A stretch of 64,000 nucleotides of DNA from Macrostomum lignano (Eukaryota). Shown piece after piece: positions 37,066 through 49,890 of the stretch. Location: positions 124,001 to 188,000 of the forward strand of contig NIVC01000452.1 of the NCBI GenBank assembly GCA_002269645.1, in the 5' to 3' direction. How positions within the stretch are numbered: position 1 is the stretch's first letter; each line of letters begins with the position of its first letter. Both the position numbers and the translations under genes were made by a program. The notes under the pieces are model-generated. The model did no database searches. It had not been told where the DNA came from and worked only from the letters and a program-made list of their open reading frames with translations.

Positions 37066-38088
37066 GCTGTGTACAAGCGTACACTAGGGTACTGGCTATA
37101 ATGTAGGCCGCTGCACACGGCGATAAATTTAAAGCAACTAATTAACAACAATGGAAGTTAAATTGATCATATAGGCTGGAACGATTATTTAAGAAAAGTA
37201 AATTAAATGAGCTCACATAACACAAATATTAATTAGTAAAATGAACGAATTTAACATTACTACAAGAAAACAACAATGCTTGAAAACAGATTTTGCTGAC
37301 GAAAAAATAAATGATCATTGACATGCAAAGTAAATATATATATATAAAGATATATATTTTTATATTATACTTTTTCACATGATAAGTTCATTTTATTCTC
37401 ACCTATAATCAAGACCAGAGCAGAATTACTAGCACATAATCAACCAATATAGTTTTGGTAATACGCGTACAAAAAGTTAAACCGGTTGAGAACAAAAAAA
37501 CAAAGAAACAAACAAATTATTATTTATTCGACGAGATCCCAGAAGGAAAACACACAATTAACTCACTCTAATAGTGGTAATATGTTTATTTATATATCAC
37601 CACTAATAAAAGTACAAACTTGTGATGTACTTTTAAGGAAACTAAGGGCCTTTTTTTACTTAAATATAAACTGGTCCACATGAATAGCGCTTAAATAATT
37701 ATTTAATCATTAGGTCATTAACGCATAACTACTCGTATATGCGCCACTCAGTGCAATTTCTTGTGTAAGCTACTTTCAACTCAGTAGAAAGTTAAGCATT
37801 TTAATGTATTTAAGAACAAGACTCCTCTAATTAGCCCTGTTTTATTGCCTTCCTCAGAGTTCCAGCCTTAAGCTGCCTGCCATGTACATTCTCAGCGGCG
37901 CTAGTTAATGTACATTAACGGCTGCGCCAATAGCAAGCCGTTTTCCGGCTGCACGTCGCTTCAACCGCCTTTCTTATTATAAAATAGCTTGCACATGCTT
38001 CCTTACTACTGCATTGAAAGTCATAGAAACTGCTAGGCCAAGCCAATATGCCTAACTGGCCCATCTAGCTATTAAACACTATCTGTGA

Positions 38089-41000
38089 TCAGTAGCGACC
38101 GCCGCCGCCGGTGAAAGCGGACCTGGCTGACGACGTGGCGGCATCGGCGGCCACCCCACGCACGGTCTCGTTAGAGAGAACGCCCTGGCTGAACTCTTGC
38201 TTGGCCTTGGCGAAGCTGGCCCCCGTGCTGCGGTAGATCCTGTGCACCTGTAAGCGCGATGATGATGCACTTGAAGCTGAGACGACACAAACAGACAGAT
38301 ACTGAGACAAACAGCACATAATGAGACACAAATAGACAGATACTGAGACACAAATGGACAGTATAAATTATTGTACGTAGTTTTCAATCGAAACAAGTTA
38401 ACACACGGTGCAGTAGCGTACACTCCAAGCTAAAACACGCTGAGTTGGCGGCTGGCACCCCCCATAGCTAGCTGGCAGTTTAGGCTCGGGTTCTGATCTT
38501 TGATGTGCATAGCCTCTAAGATATTCAAAGTGTGCTCATGGCGGCAAGAATCGATAATCTTAAATAAATCAATCGGTTTGCTGTTACAGCATGCAACTTA
38601 TATTGTGTATTCAACTTATTACAGGTATATTTATTCAACTGTTTATTAGAATTTTCAATCTCACTACTGCACTGACGATGATCTACAAGTGTCGAAATGC
38701 ATTGGCAAAATTTGAATTAAAGTAAATAAAAACAAGTTAATGTTTGTTCTCTCATTCATTTTATTCCTATTTATTAAGCGAGCTACTCTACCACAAACAG
38801 ACAGATACTGAGACACAAACAGACAGATACTGAGACACAAACAGACAGATACTGAGACACAAACAGACAGATACTGAGACACAAACAGACAGATACTGAG
38901 ACACAAACAGACAGATACTGAGACACAAACAGACAGATACTGAGACAAACAGACACATAATGAGACACAAACAGACAGATACAGAGACACAAACAGACAG
39001 ATACTGAGACAAACAGACACATAATGAGACACAAACAGACAGATACTGAGACACAAATGGACAGATACTGAGACACAAACAGACAGATACTGAGACACAA
39101 ACAGACAGATACTGAGACAAACAGACACATAATGAGACACAAACAGAAAGATACTGAGACACAAACAGACAGATACTGAGACAAACAGACACATAATGAG
39201 ACACAAACAGACAGATACTGAGACACAAATGGACAGATACTGAGACACAAACAGACACATAATGAGACACAAACAGACAGATACTGAGACACAAACAGAC
39301 AGATACTGAGACACAAACAGAAAGATACTGAGACACAAACAGACAGATACTGAGACACAAACAGACAGATACTGAGACACAAACAGACAGATACTGAGAC
39401 ACAAACAGACAGATACTGAGACACAAATGGACAGATACTGAGACACAAACAGACAGATACTGAGACACAAACAGACAGATACTGAGACACAAACAGACAG
39501 ATACTGAGACAAAACAGACAGATACTGAGACACAAACAGAAAGATACTGAGACACAAACAGACAGATACTGAGACACAAACAGACAGATACTGAGACACA
39601 AACAGAAAGATACTGAGACACAAACAGACAGATACTGAGACACAAACAGACAGATACTGAGACACAAACAGACAGATACTGAGACACAAACAGAAAGATA
39701 CTGAGACACAAACAGACAGATACTGAGACACAAACAGACAGATACTGAGACAAAACAGACAGATACTGAGACACAAACAGACAGATACTGAGACAAACAG
39801 ACACATACAAGGACACAAACAGAAAGACACAAAGTCGCACTAAAATATACAAGTCTAAAAAACAAAAACGCTCTAAAATTGATGCTAAGGCACGCACTAA
39901 TAATTTTAAAAAATACATCATACATTCAATTCACACTACTCACCCGAATAAGTAGTATCATGTCAAGCACAGACAGACAGGTGAAGCAGGCGGCGATGAA
40001 CAGCATGAACCCGGCGGCGCCAAGGTTAGATTTCAACATGCTGGTGCCGTTAATCCAGCCGCACGAGCCCAGATAGTTGAAGCCGAGGCACTGCACAACA
40101 AGGATGACGAACTGGACGAAGAACACCAGAAAGAACAGAAAGAAGTTGAAGCTGCTGTCGTTCCTGCAATTTGGTAGGGGAGTTGGATTTGGGATCTGGG
40201 AGTGTGCCTGTGAAACACTGAGGATCTGGGAGTGTGCCAGTGAATCACTGAGGATCTGGGAGTGTGCCTGTGAAACACTGAGGATCTGGGAGTGTGCCAG
40301 TGAATCACTGAGGATCTGGGAGTGTGCCTGTGAATCACTGAGGATCTGGGAGTGTGCCTGTGAATCACTGAGGATCTGGGAGTGTGCCTGTGAATCACTG
40401 AGGATCTGGGAGTGTGCCTGTGAAACACTGAGGATCTAGGAGTGTGCCAGTGAATCACTGAGGATCTGGGAGTGTGCCTGTGAATCACTGAGGATCTGGG
40501 AGTGTGCCAGTGAATCACTGAGGATCTGGGAGTGTGCCAGTGAATCACTGAGGATCTGGGAGTGTGCCTGTGAATCACTGAGGATCTGGGAGTGTGCCAG
40601 TGAATCACTGAGGATCTGGGAGTGTGCCAGTGAATCACTGAGGATCTGGGAGTGTGCCAGTGAATCACTGAGGATCTGGGAGTGTGCCTGTGAATCACTG
40701 AGGATCTGGGAGTGTGCCTGTGAATCACTGAGGATCCGGGAGTGTGCCAGTGAAACACTGAGGATCTGGGAGTGTGCCTGTGAATCACTGAGGATCTGGG
40801 AGTGTGCCTGTGAATCACTGAGGATCCGGGAGTGTGCCAGTGAATCACTGAGGATCCGGGATAATGCAGTGTACATGCAAGCACTCAATCAGCAAAGCCT
40901 CACTTGAACGCCTTGTACAGCGGGCGAAACCAGCAAATAAAGGAGCAGGGCGGCAGGATGACACACAGCAGCAGAGACACGCCAAACACGGCTCCAGCTG

Positions 41001-42139
41001 TTGAGGCGTCGGTGCTGGAAGCTTCAATAAAGTACGCCAGGGTGCCTAGGGTGTTGATTAGTAGTACAGCCACGTGCGCCATCCACAGGTAATAGCCCAG
41101 CCTCACAATCCGCCGAAACTCCTGAGGGATTTCCAATTCAAAGTCCTGATAGAAGCAGGGCCCGACAGGGCAGAATGACGGAAGCGGCGGCCAGTTGTTG
41201 TTGCGGTCTGGAAGCAGAAATTCAGGCATTGTGCATAAAGCTAACTGGTTGTTTTATTGGATTAAGGGGACAATCTACATCTACTGCTAAACTGGGGATC
41301 AGGGGGGGGGCAATCTACTGCTGGACTGGAGATCAAGGGGGCAATCTACTGCTGGACTGGGGATCAAGGGGGGCAATCTACTGCTGGACTGGAGATCAAG
41401 GGGGCAATCTACTGCTGGTCTGGGGATCAAGGGGGGGCAATCTACTGCTGGTCTGGGGATCAAGGGGAGGGGCAATCTACTGCTGGTCTGGGGATCAAGG
41501 GGGGGGGGCAATCTACTGCTGGACTGGGGATCAAGGAGGAGGGGCAATCTACTGCTGGACTGGGGATCAAGGAGGAGGGGCAATCTACTGCTGGACTGGG
41601 GATCAAGGAAGAGGGGCAATCTACTGCTGGACTGGGGATCAAGGGGGGGCAATCTACTGCTGGACTGGGGATCAAGGGGGGGCAATCTACTGCTGGACTG
41701 GGGATCGGGGGGGGGGCAATCTACTGCTGGACTGGGGATCAAGGGGGGGGCAATCTACTGCTGGACTGGGGATCAAGGGGGGATAGCGAAGGGTCAGAAG
41801 CAATTCTGAAAGAGACACAAAGTCAGTATTACATCCGCCAGAGCCACCGGCCTGCATTTCCTGTTCCCGTCGCCGTTGTTCCTCCTCGCGGCGCTCCAGC
41901 TCCCTGGCCTTGGCCTCCAGTTCTCGTTGGCGCCGTTCCAACTCCTCCGAAGTGACACGCTGCTGGGCGCTGGCACTGTAGGCAGGCGGCGGCTGCTGCT
42001 GCTGACTAGAAGGCAGCACAGCCGGCTGACTTGGCGGCTGCTGTTTGGCTGATTTGTCAAACGGATTGAATTCGTCTGTTGGTCGCTGGGCTGGCTGGCT
42101 GCCGCCACTGCCGCCGCGGGCTTGCTGAACTGATGCATC
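38089..42139 (-). CDS. SCAMP: Secretory carrier membrane protein (SCAMP), exons 2-5; own first exon not found
   Basis: Exons 42139-41833 ([32 protein letters not shown]), 41207-40904 ([23 protein letters not shown]), 40163-39944 ([12 protein letters not shown]) and 38247-38089 ([19 protein letters not shown]) splice in frame. No in-frame ATG directly upstream of 42139. Confidence 0.95.
38795..39830. repeat. 22-bp minisatellite, ~47 copies (SCAMP last intron)
   Basis: Unit gatactgagacacaaacagaca; a few more units at 38280-38365. Source of the 380-aa C/L/S/V ORFs. Confidence 0.97.
40193..40860. repeat. 30-bp minisatellite, ~22 copies (SCAMP intron)
   Basis: Unit gagtgtgcc(a/t)gtgaatcactgaggatctgg. 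Confidence 0.97.
41290..41781. repeat. ~31-34-bp G-rich minisatellite, ~15 copies (SCAMP intron)
   Basis: Unit ggcaatctactgctggactggggatcaa plus a variable G-run. Confidence 0.95.
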
Positions 42140-44646
42140 CTGGTTGGTTTGGATACGAGTCTTGGTTTACAACAGTTATAAATGACTATAATATTTAGCC
42201 ATAAATAAAGAGTTTTCTCTATTTAGGCATGTGATTGATTTCAGAAAAAGCTCAACCGATCCTCATGAAACAGGCACCATTCAATTGGAAAATTTTCTAG
42301 CAATGGTACATGTGATGTGGCTAAGAAATTGCTCAATGCTAAAGGGATTAAATACTTGAAAAATATGCTTTTAGCAAAGGTCAAGCATACTTTTTGACTT
42401 GAAATGAATTTTAAATAGTATATTTTAATATAGCACAATCAGGACACAGTTGGCAGCTATTCTCCTTTTGGCTAAGACCTAGAAAAGTTCAAGGCAAGAC
42501 AAAGTGTATTTTAGCCAAAATATATAGGCCTGCCCTCTCTGCCCTCCCCTTGTATCTTCACCTCTAGAATCTGCCTTTTTTAATAAATCTTTTGCTGCAA
42601 AGCAAAAACAAATTAAGTTGCTTTCAGCTGTCATGATGAGCTACTCAGATATATGGGCTTATGGTATCAGTTTGATCAATAGTTCCCTAGTCTCAGCTCC
42701 TTGGACTGGCTAGCCATGGTTAACAGGTTAAAAAGAATCCAAAAGTTAATATTCAAGACTTTTCCTGCTTTGTGGAACTTGGAAGAATAACAGTGAACAA
42801 AATTTCAAATAAGGAATTGCACTTTTGAAGTGTTTCTGCTGCTTGGCTTCCCTATGCGCCCTTTCTAAAGAAAACAAGCTTATAGGCTTTTTAACAAGGG
42901 CATAGAAAGCTTTTGCTACAAGTATAAGATGAAAGATAAGACATGGGTATACCTAAACAGCTTTGGTATAAACAAGGGCATAGCTAGGAATTTTTTAGGG
43001 TGTTGATTTTTACTCCTAGGTTCTGAACTTCTGCTTAGAAAGTTAAATACACTATCAATTTTCACTTTTTGCATAAATATTCTATGCCAAACTGCACCAG
43101 CATGGTAGACTGTGCCTGTATTGCTAGGGGCCAATCTATGCTAGATACTATCTACAATAAGGGCCATTTGCTGCAATAGGGTCATCAACCATATTTAGCA
43201 ACTGCAATAAAATTTGAGAAGCTACTTTGTAGTATGTAAGAAGTCTTGATAAAGATAGCTTAAAAATAATTGTTTAACAACTTATTGACCAATACTAAGC
43301 TAGAATCAGCTATCCTATAGAATGTTTGTTAAATTAATTTTTGCTTGATTCAACCCCAACAAGTGAACAAACTAACAATTAATATATGCTAGCAACTAAA
43401 TTGTTTGTTATATCTCTGTAGGTGGCACAATCCAACTTAAAACTACTAGTTGACTAGCCATCTAGAGAAAAATATTCTAAAATAAAAAAAGTAAACGATA
43501 GCTTGAGTTGAATACCAGTATTAGCAGCTTAGTAGCTAATTTTTCAATTTCAAATACATCTCTTTTTAAAGGTCCCCTTTTATTATCACAGCCTTTTGAC
43601 CATAGACATGTTTTCATGCTTTATACATGCAAAACTGATATTATTTCAAGAATTCCTAATATATCAATGCAAAAATTCTAATTGAATAGAGATATATTGT
43701 AGATAAAATTACCTAGTCATATTATTACTTTATGGTAAAGTAGTAGGAGCCTAACCTTATATTTAATTATGGCAATTGACTATAACAAATAATTTATTTA
43801 TTAGTACATGATAAACTGTTACTTTGTTTACTTTTTTATATTTTTAGACTTTAAAAAGGAAAAGAATCAAATTCAAGCAAAAAGTTAATGATTATTGAAT
43901 GCTTCTATAAGATCTAAAAAGCCAACTGTGTAGTCTCCCTTAATACAATCAGTGTTGGGCACCATTAGTAAAAATCTTAACTTCCATTAATGGCAAGAGC
44001 ATTAATGTTAAAAAAATATTAACTTATCAACTTTTAACTTCATTAAGTTAACTGAAAGTTAACTGATAATTGTTAATTTTAATTTGTTAAAGTTAACACA
44101 AAAATATAGAAACCTTGCACATTTTTATAATACACTGTCTTTGCTTTCCCCTTTTTAGCAAAACATAGAGGTCATCTAAGGGATTTACAAGCTAAAAAGT
44201 AATAAATAATAATTTAAAAAAACTTGTTTATATAATACTACTAAATTAAGCATATATGATATAATTAAAGTAGTAACTTTTTTATTTGAAACTCATTTGA
44301 AAACTCATCTATAATGTTGCAACTTTTTTAAACTTATATTTTTGTTTTTTCTTTGCATCTTTGGTCATTGACATTTCCATTAGGCCTAACATTAATGATG
44401 AATTTGTTATTAACTCACAGAGTTATTAATGCAAATTTGTTAGTAAATTTGTTTAAAAATCTTAATGGTAGTCCATTAACATTAGGCCCTAATGAAAAAT
44501 CTTAACACTTATTAATGCTTATTAGGCCCTATAGTGACCATAAGGGCATAAGGCATAAGGAAAATTTTGAACAAAAAATAAACTTCTACTAGACGTACTT
44601 CTATTTGCTCGACTATATTGCTCTGCATACAAATGTTAATACTTAC

Positions 44647-44757
44647 AGTTATGATAATGCAGCCAACAAAAGTGCCCATTCGATTATCAAAGCAAAAACA
44701 CTTTTTTAATGGTAAAATAGGCTCTACATCATCTCTCTTCCGTAGTTTCCAGCCCAT
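44647..44757 (-). CDS. Orphaned duplicate of LAPTM-like exon 1 (37 codons)
   Basis: Same peptide MGWKLRKRDDVEPILPLKKCFCFDNRMGTFVGCIIIT with an intact ATG and ACT|GTAAGT donor. Its own downstream exons were not duplicated. Confidence 0.85.
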
Positions 44758-47478
44758 ATTTGCAAACTAACGTGATACAAATCAATAAGGGGTAATAAGA
44801 AATATTTAAAATACACCCCAATACAACATGGACAACAGTATGTAATAATGTAGAAATAAAATATTATTTCTTCCTCAACGAGCTTCTTTAAAATGCTACG
44901 AAAATATTTGCCAATATTAGTCGTTTTGTAAAAAATTTACGTTTAGAAACATAATTTTATTGCTTTAAACGAGCAATTATAGGCATTTGAAAAGCCTTAG
45001 AAGACAAAGAAAATAAAATTGATATACTGCTTTAAAAATCTTTGCACGCAAATTTGAATATTTTCGGCAAGCTGGCTTTTTAAAACGCGCTGTATATTAT
45101 AATAGCTCCATGATGACTGACAGGGACTTCGCACGATCGGCCCTTTGATTCATCTCAGTTTATATACCATTTCAGTTGATTCAGGTGAACAGTGAAGCTG
45201 GGCGGGCTAAACCGATAGTTTTACTGGCTTAAATAAGGCAAGTAGCTCAATTTTTAACGTATAATATCTTCATATTTTCTGTGTGTAGTGTACTAACTTT
45301 AGCAAGTGAATTATTTTATTTTGAACTAAAAAAAAATAATAATATACTGCATGTAATTAATACTTAAAAAAAATTGATGCTAGCATCTACCAATGACAAT
45401 ATCCAGAGGCATACATATATAATTTTCTTAGTTTAGGCCTATAATAGCTAGATAAGGGAAGGCCTATAATAAATAGGCCTAATTTGGCTAAGCCTTTTTA
45501 GGCTTTTAATTGATAGGCCTAGCCTAAGCATTGTTTAACTAGGCTAAGGCCTAAAATCGTTTTTTAAAGCATCAATTTAAGTTTCCACATTTTGGTAAAA
45601 ACTGTAGGGGCCTAAGCTATTAAAATAGGCCTAGTACAATAGAAAGGTTATAAAGTAAGAAATTAAAAATATATATACTATATATATATGTTAGATTGGC
45701 CCTATTCCATAATTATTAGGCCTATAGTATTGACTTAAAAGCCTTGCCATTAGTTTAGAATATTGTATTATAAACCTTAATTTAACAAGGCAAATTAATA
45801 AAAAAAGTTAAGTAATTTTTAAAATCAATCGTTTAAGTAATCAATAGACTTTTTAATAGTTATATTAAATAAGTTAAGGGTTTTTCTTTGCTAGGGTTTA
45901 GAAACAATTTTTATATAGTTATTTCTAGAATGTTAGGGTTTTTTATAGCATTTTTATTAGTTGATTAAGTTGAAATTTGTTTTGCAACTAACAAAATATA
46001 GGCTAAGACCAATGTCAATTTTTATGTATCTTCTTTTTTAATAATATTAAAAAAGGGACTAAGCATATCTTAGAGCACTTTAAGCAACATTGTTATATAA
46101 TCAATGAGAGGCATCATTGCCTATAATATTTTCTAAATCTTTTAAGTAGACACTAAGCACATAGACATACATGTGCAACTACTGGCCAACCTGACTGATC
46201 TGGCCATGGTAAATTGTGGTAAACTAGGGATAAGTTATAAAAATACCTACCTAAAAGAATACAGACATAGTACTAATTAGATGACAAGGCTTTTCAAGCT
46301 TTTACCCTTATAGGACAATGATAGTTACTCCTGCCATTTATCCAAAATTTCTTCAAGCTGCATTTTTTGGTCAAAAAGTAAGTTGCATGGCCAGTATAAA
46401 TTGGGTGGGTTGCGCACATATGCACATGGATATGTATAGTCATATGCATAGGCACATATGTCACATATATAAGTGTGCAATAGCCATATTTTTTGTCAAA
46501 CATGTATATTTGAACATGCCTTGGGGATTGGCCCTCAATGGCATTAACTGAAAAAATAGCCCCATGTAAAGATTCTAATTTAGTTCCAAATTTATGTGAT
46601 AATATTTATATTTAGATTAAGTCTAGACTACTATGCCTTGGCACATAATAGTGCCAACCTTAGACCATTAGTTATTGCCCTTAATATTTTTTGTTCTTTT
46701 ATTTTATGTCATTTAATTTTTTACTATAATGTATTTATTGTTTAAAATTAAATTTCCAGATGCTACAATCAATTTCTAAAAGCTATGAGCTTATTTTTCA
46801 GCTGCTTCATATGCCATCCCATGCTAGAGGCAAGCAGGTGAGCATCGGTAAATTTAGTAAATTTATATAGTTGTAGGCTGCTGTTATGTACATTTTTTAT
46901 ATTTTCTTTTACTTTTGTTTCAGGAGAAAGAATTTATTGTTAGATTTTTATGCAGCATTGACAAGCTTTTATTTGGTAACAAGTCATCTTTGGAATCTCT
47001 TGCTGATACTATACAGCATACCTCTCTTAGGAATGGACAAACTTTGTTTAGGTAAGATTTTTTGTATTAGAATTATCAATTGGTTGGTGCTCTAATTATG
47101 TTTTGCTTACTTTATAAAAAAAATTGTAGTTGCACATATGCATTTGAAGTGCTTATGACTCTATTCTAGCAGTGTAATTAAATAATTAGTTCTATAAAAT
47201 ACCACTATTTATAATATTGCATCTTTCTTTTACCATTCCAGTTCTGGCAGTCGCATCACTAGCTGGTACATTTTATTGTCTGGCTCTGTCTATGTTGATG
47301 GGAAGCTTCATCATCCAATAAAAAGGTAAATTCTTGATTTAAGCTTTTTGTGTAGAATGTCCCAAACTTTAAGGAACCTTTTGCCACAGACATTACAGAA
47401 TCTACTACACAAGTGTATTCCTTACTCGTATAGGGGATTATACGAGTAATATATATAAATTTTGGTTCATGTGTTGAA

Positions 47479-47755
47479 GCGGAGCAGCTTAGTGGAAAAT
47501 ACATGTACATCCGACTTTCATGCCGCGACCCCTGGTTCGATTCCATGCGCGGCCGCAGTCATTTGGAGCTTGTGTGTACGAAATTTGGCCAGGGGTTGTC
47601 GTGCGATTCACAGCCATGAGGGCCGACCCCCATGGCACAGAGAGTGTACATGCCTGACGATTAGACAGTCAGGACCGCTGTACACCCTGTGTGAGCGGGT
47701 GTGTGTAAGTGCTGTGTCTGCGTACAGTATTGGCGCGCTTGTATTGTGCTCAGGA
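47479..47755 (+). mobile_element. tRNA-derived SINE-like element, copy 2; minus-strand partner at 49287-49439
   Basis: Duplicate of 20055-20330 and 22083-22238. Confidence 0.58.
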
Positions 47756-47934
47756 GCCAGCGGAATGGGTGGAACTTTTGAGCGCTGGCTTTGGGACGGG
47801 ACGCTTTCACTAGGCCGAAATTTCACTTCGCCGAAATGACTAGCACGCTCTTTCATGAGGCCGAAACTTCAGTGGGCCGAAAAATCATTTTAGCAGCATC
47901 CTTACTATGCTCAAAAATGGATGTAAACTTGGAC

Positions 47935-48016
<82 letters not shown>
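47935..48016. repeat. (GATA)n microsatellite, ~20 units
   Basis: Paralog of 20512-20876, much shorter. Confidence 0.99.
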
Positions 48017-48017
<1 letters not shown>

Positions 48018-49890
48018 AGATAGATAGGAGCGTAGGGCCAATTTACAGTTTTAAATGTTACGCTACTGTGAAATCGGCTGCTAGTCTGGATGGTACATTT
48101 AGACTCAATCAAGTTAATTAAATTAATTTTGTTAGTCTTGGCCTAGTGAAAGAGGCTGCTTAAATGATTTTTCGGCAAAGTGAAGTTTCGGCCTAGAGAA
48201 AGACGATACTAAAATAATTTTTCGGCAAAGTCAAGTTTCGGCCTTGTGAAGGAAGATGCTTTCGGCAAAGTTAAACCCCCCTTTAGGACGATGTTGCCGG
48301 TATACTTGTCAATCTATTTTTATTTTGAAAACACACGAGCCAGTAATAATGATCATTATTACGGTCTCTGACTGTTCTTTGGGCTGCCTTACTGGCGGCG
48401 TTTCTCGGGTTGTGCGCAATCCAATTGAGTTGCCCAGTCGGGCGCTCAGTTCTAATGTGGCCTCATCTGAGGTGACGTCCACTCCAAAATAAACTTCTTA
48501 TCTGCCCTGCCTTGGTCTTAGGAGGGTGTACCTGGAGTAATTGTGACTCTGGACTGCAGTGTGGCTAGAACGGGACTTGAGCCCCCGGTCGCATCCGCCC
48601 AGCAGGAAAGGCGACCATTCACAAAAGTGTACGGTAGAGCCCAGTTGATGCCAGCTCTGAAGCTGAGCCTCCAAAATGTAACTGGTGATCCTCCTCCATT
48701 TGTTTTTATCCCCTCTTTTTTATTGGTTTTATCTTGTTCATGAGCCAACCCAAAATTAGGAGTAGATCTCTGCATTTTGGTCCATCTGCTCCCTCAGTCC
48801 ACCTGCTGTCACCTCTGGTTGTCTCCCTGCTTATTATGTCTCGGCTCTCATCACCGGCTCTCATCTCAGTCGGGGAGAACCGGCTGAGCCCGGTGTCCTC
48901 TTGCTCTGGAGTGCTCTTTTTCCTGTTCCTTGGCTTGGGCTATTTGAGTTGGGTAGCGAAGTAAGCCTTGAGGCCTGCAGCCTATAGGAGGACTTTCGGA
49001 GCTTTTTCCTACCTGATAGGAGACTCGCTCTTGGTGAAATAAGCTGCCCAAACTCTCCAATCTGAAAGCTTTTTCCGCTGACTGGGTGCCTGGGTGCCTT
49101 GTAACAGGTACAAACAATGCCCGGGCCCCGGGGTATAGCTAGGGTCCCGCTCTCGGACCAGCTTTCCAAAATTTTTCCAAAATCCATCCACCTGATTCTA
49201 CTCAGGTGGAGGCGAGCCTAGCTCTCCACCCCGATTAACAACACAACAATAATAATCATAATTCCTGCCCACAGGATAGTTGCTGCGGGTTCGGCCCTCA
49301 TATGTGTAAATCGCACGGAACCCCCCCCCCGGCCAATTTTCTTGTACAAGCCTCAAATGATTGCGCACTGAATCGAGCCAGGGGCCTGTGGCGCAACAGT
49401 CAGACACATTTACCGCTGAGCTGCCTTGCCAGCTGCGCTTTGACCACAGACAGCAGAGCTATAGCTGTAGTTACACGTACCGTGCAGGTCTTCGCGTGCG
49501 CTAGAAGCAGTTCCAAATTTATTACAAAGGTCTATGTCGACTGCTTATTTATTCTGTTTATAGCAACCTGTCGGTTCTATGCAAAAAACGAAGCAGTTTA
49601 ATAATATGACAGTCGCTGTTTTGCTAATAAGCTTGAGCCCTGGCACGTATCCAAACATTTAAGCATTGAATTTTATGCACTCATTCGATCTCTGGACAAA
49701 ATAGGAAGAGCTCCTGACAATACAATTTAAATTGTATTGGCCATGAGTGTGGCTATCCATACGAGGAACTTTATATAATGTATGTGTGTTTAAAGCATTT
49801 GCCTGCTGCACTGTATTTATTCTCTAAACTAGAGTAATATATAGCTTGTACATGTTACATATGCAGCGCAAGTATTCATTCGCCTTATAG

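Noticed and set aside
38664-39925. Three ~380-aa Cys/Leu/Ser/Val ORFs
   Set aside because: They are stop-free frames of the 22-bp intronic repeat, open in all three frames.
40033-41786. [24 protein letters not shown] and DPQSSSRLP repeat ORFs
   Set aside because: They are intronic minisatellites of SCAMP.
42339-42349. NPF-coding triplets as a candidate SCAMP exon 1
   Set aside because: No plausible ATG or donor in phase, and it lies in AT-rich decayed sequence.
43950-44536. hAT-like MITE (cagtgttgggc...) ending at the duplication breakpoint
   Set aside because: The right end matches the expected TIR at only 8/11 bases and there is no TSD. A role in the junction is possible but unsupported.
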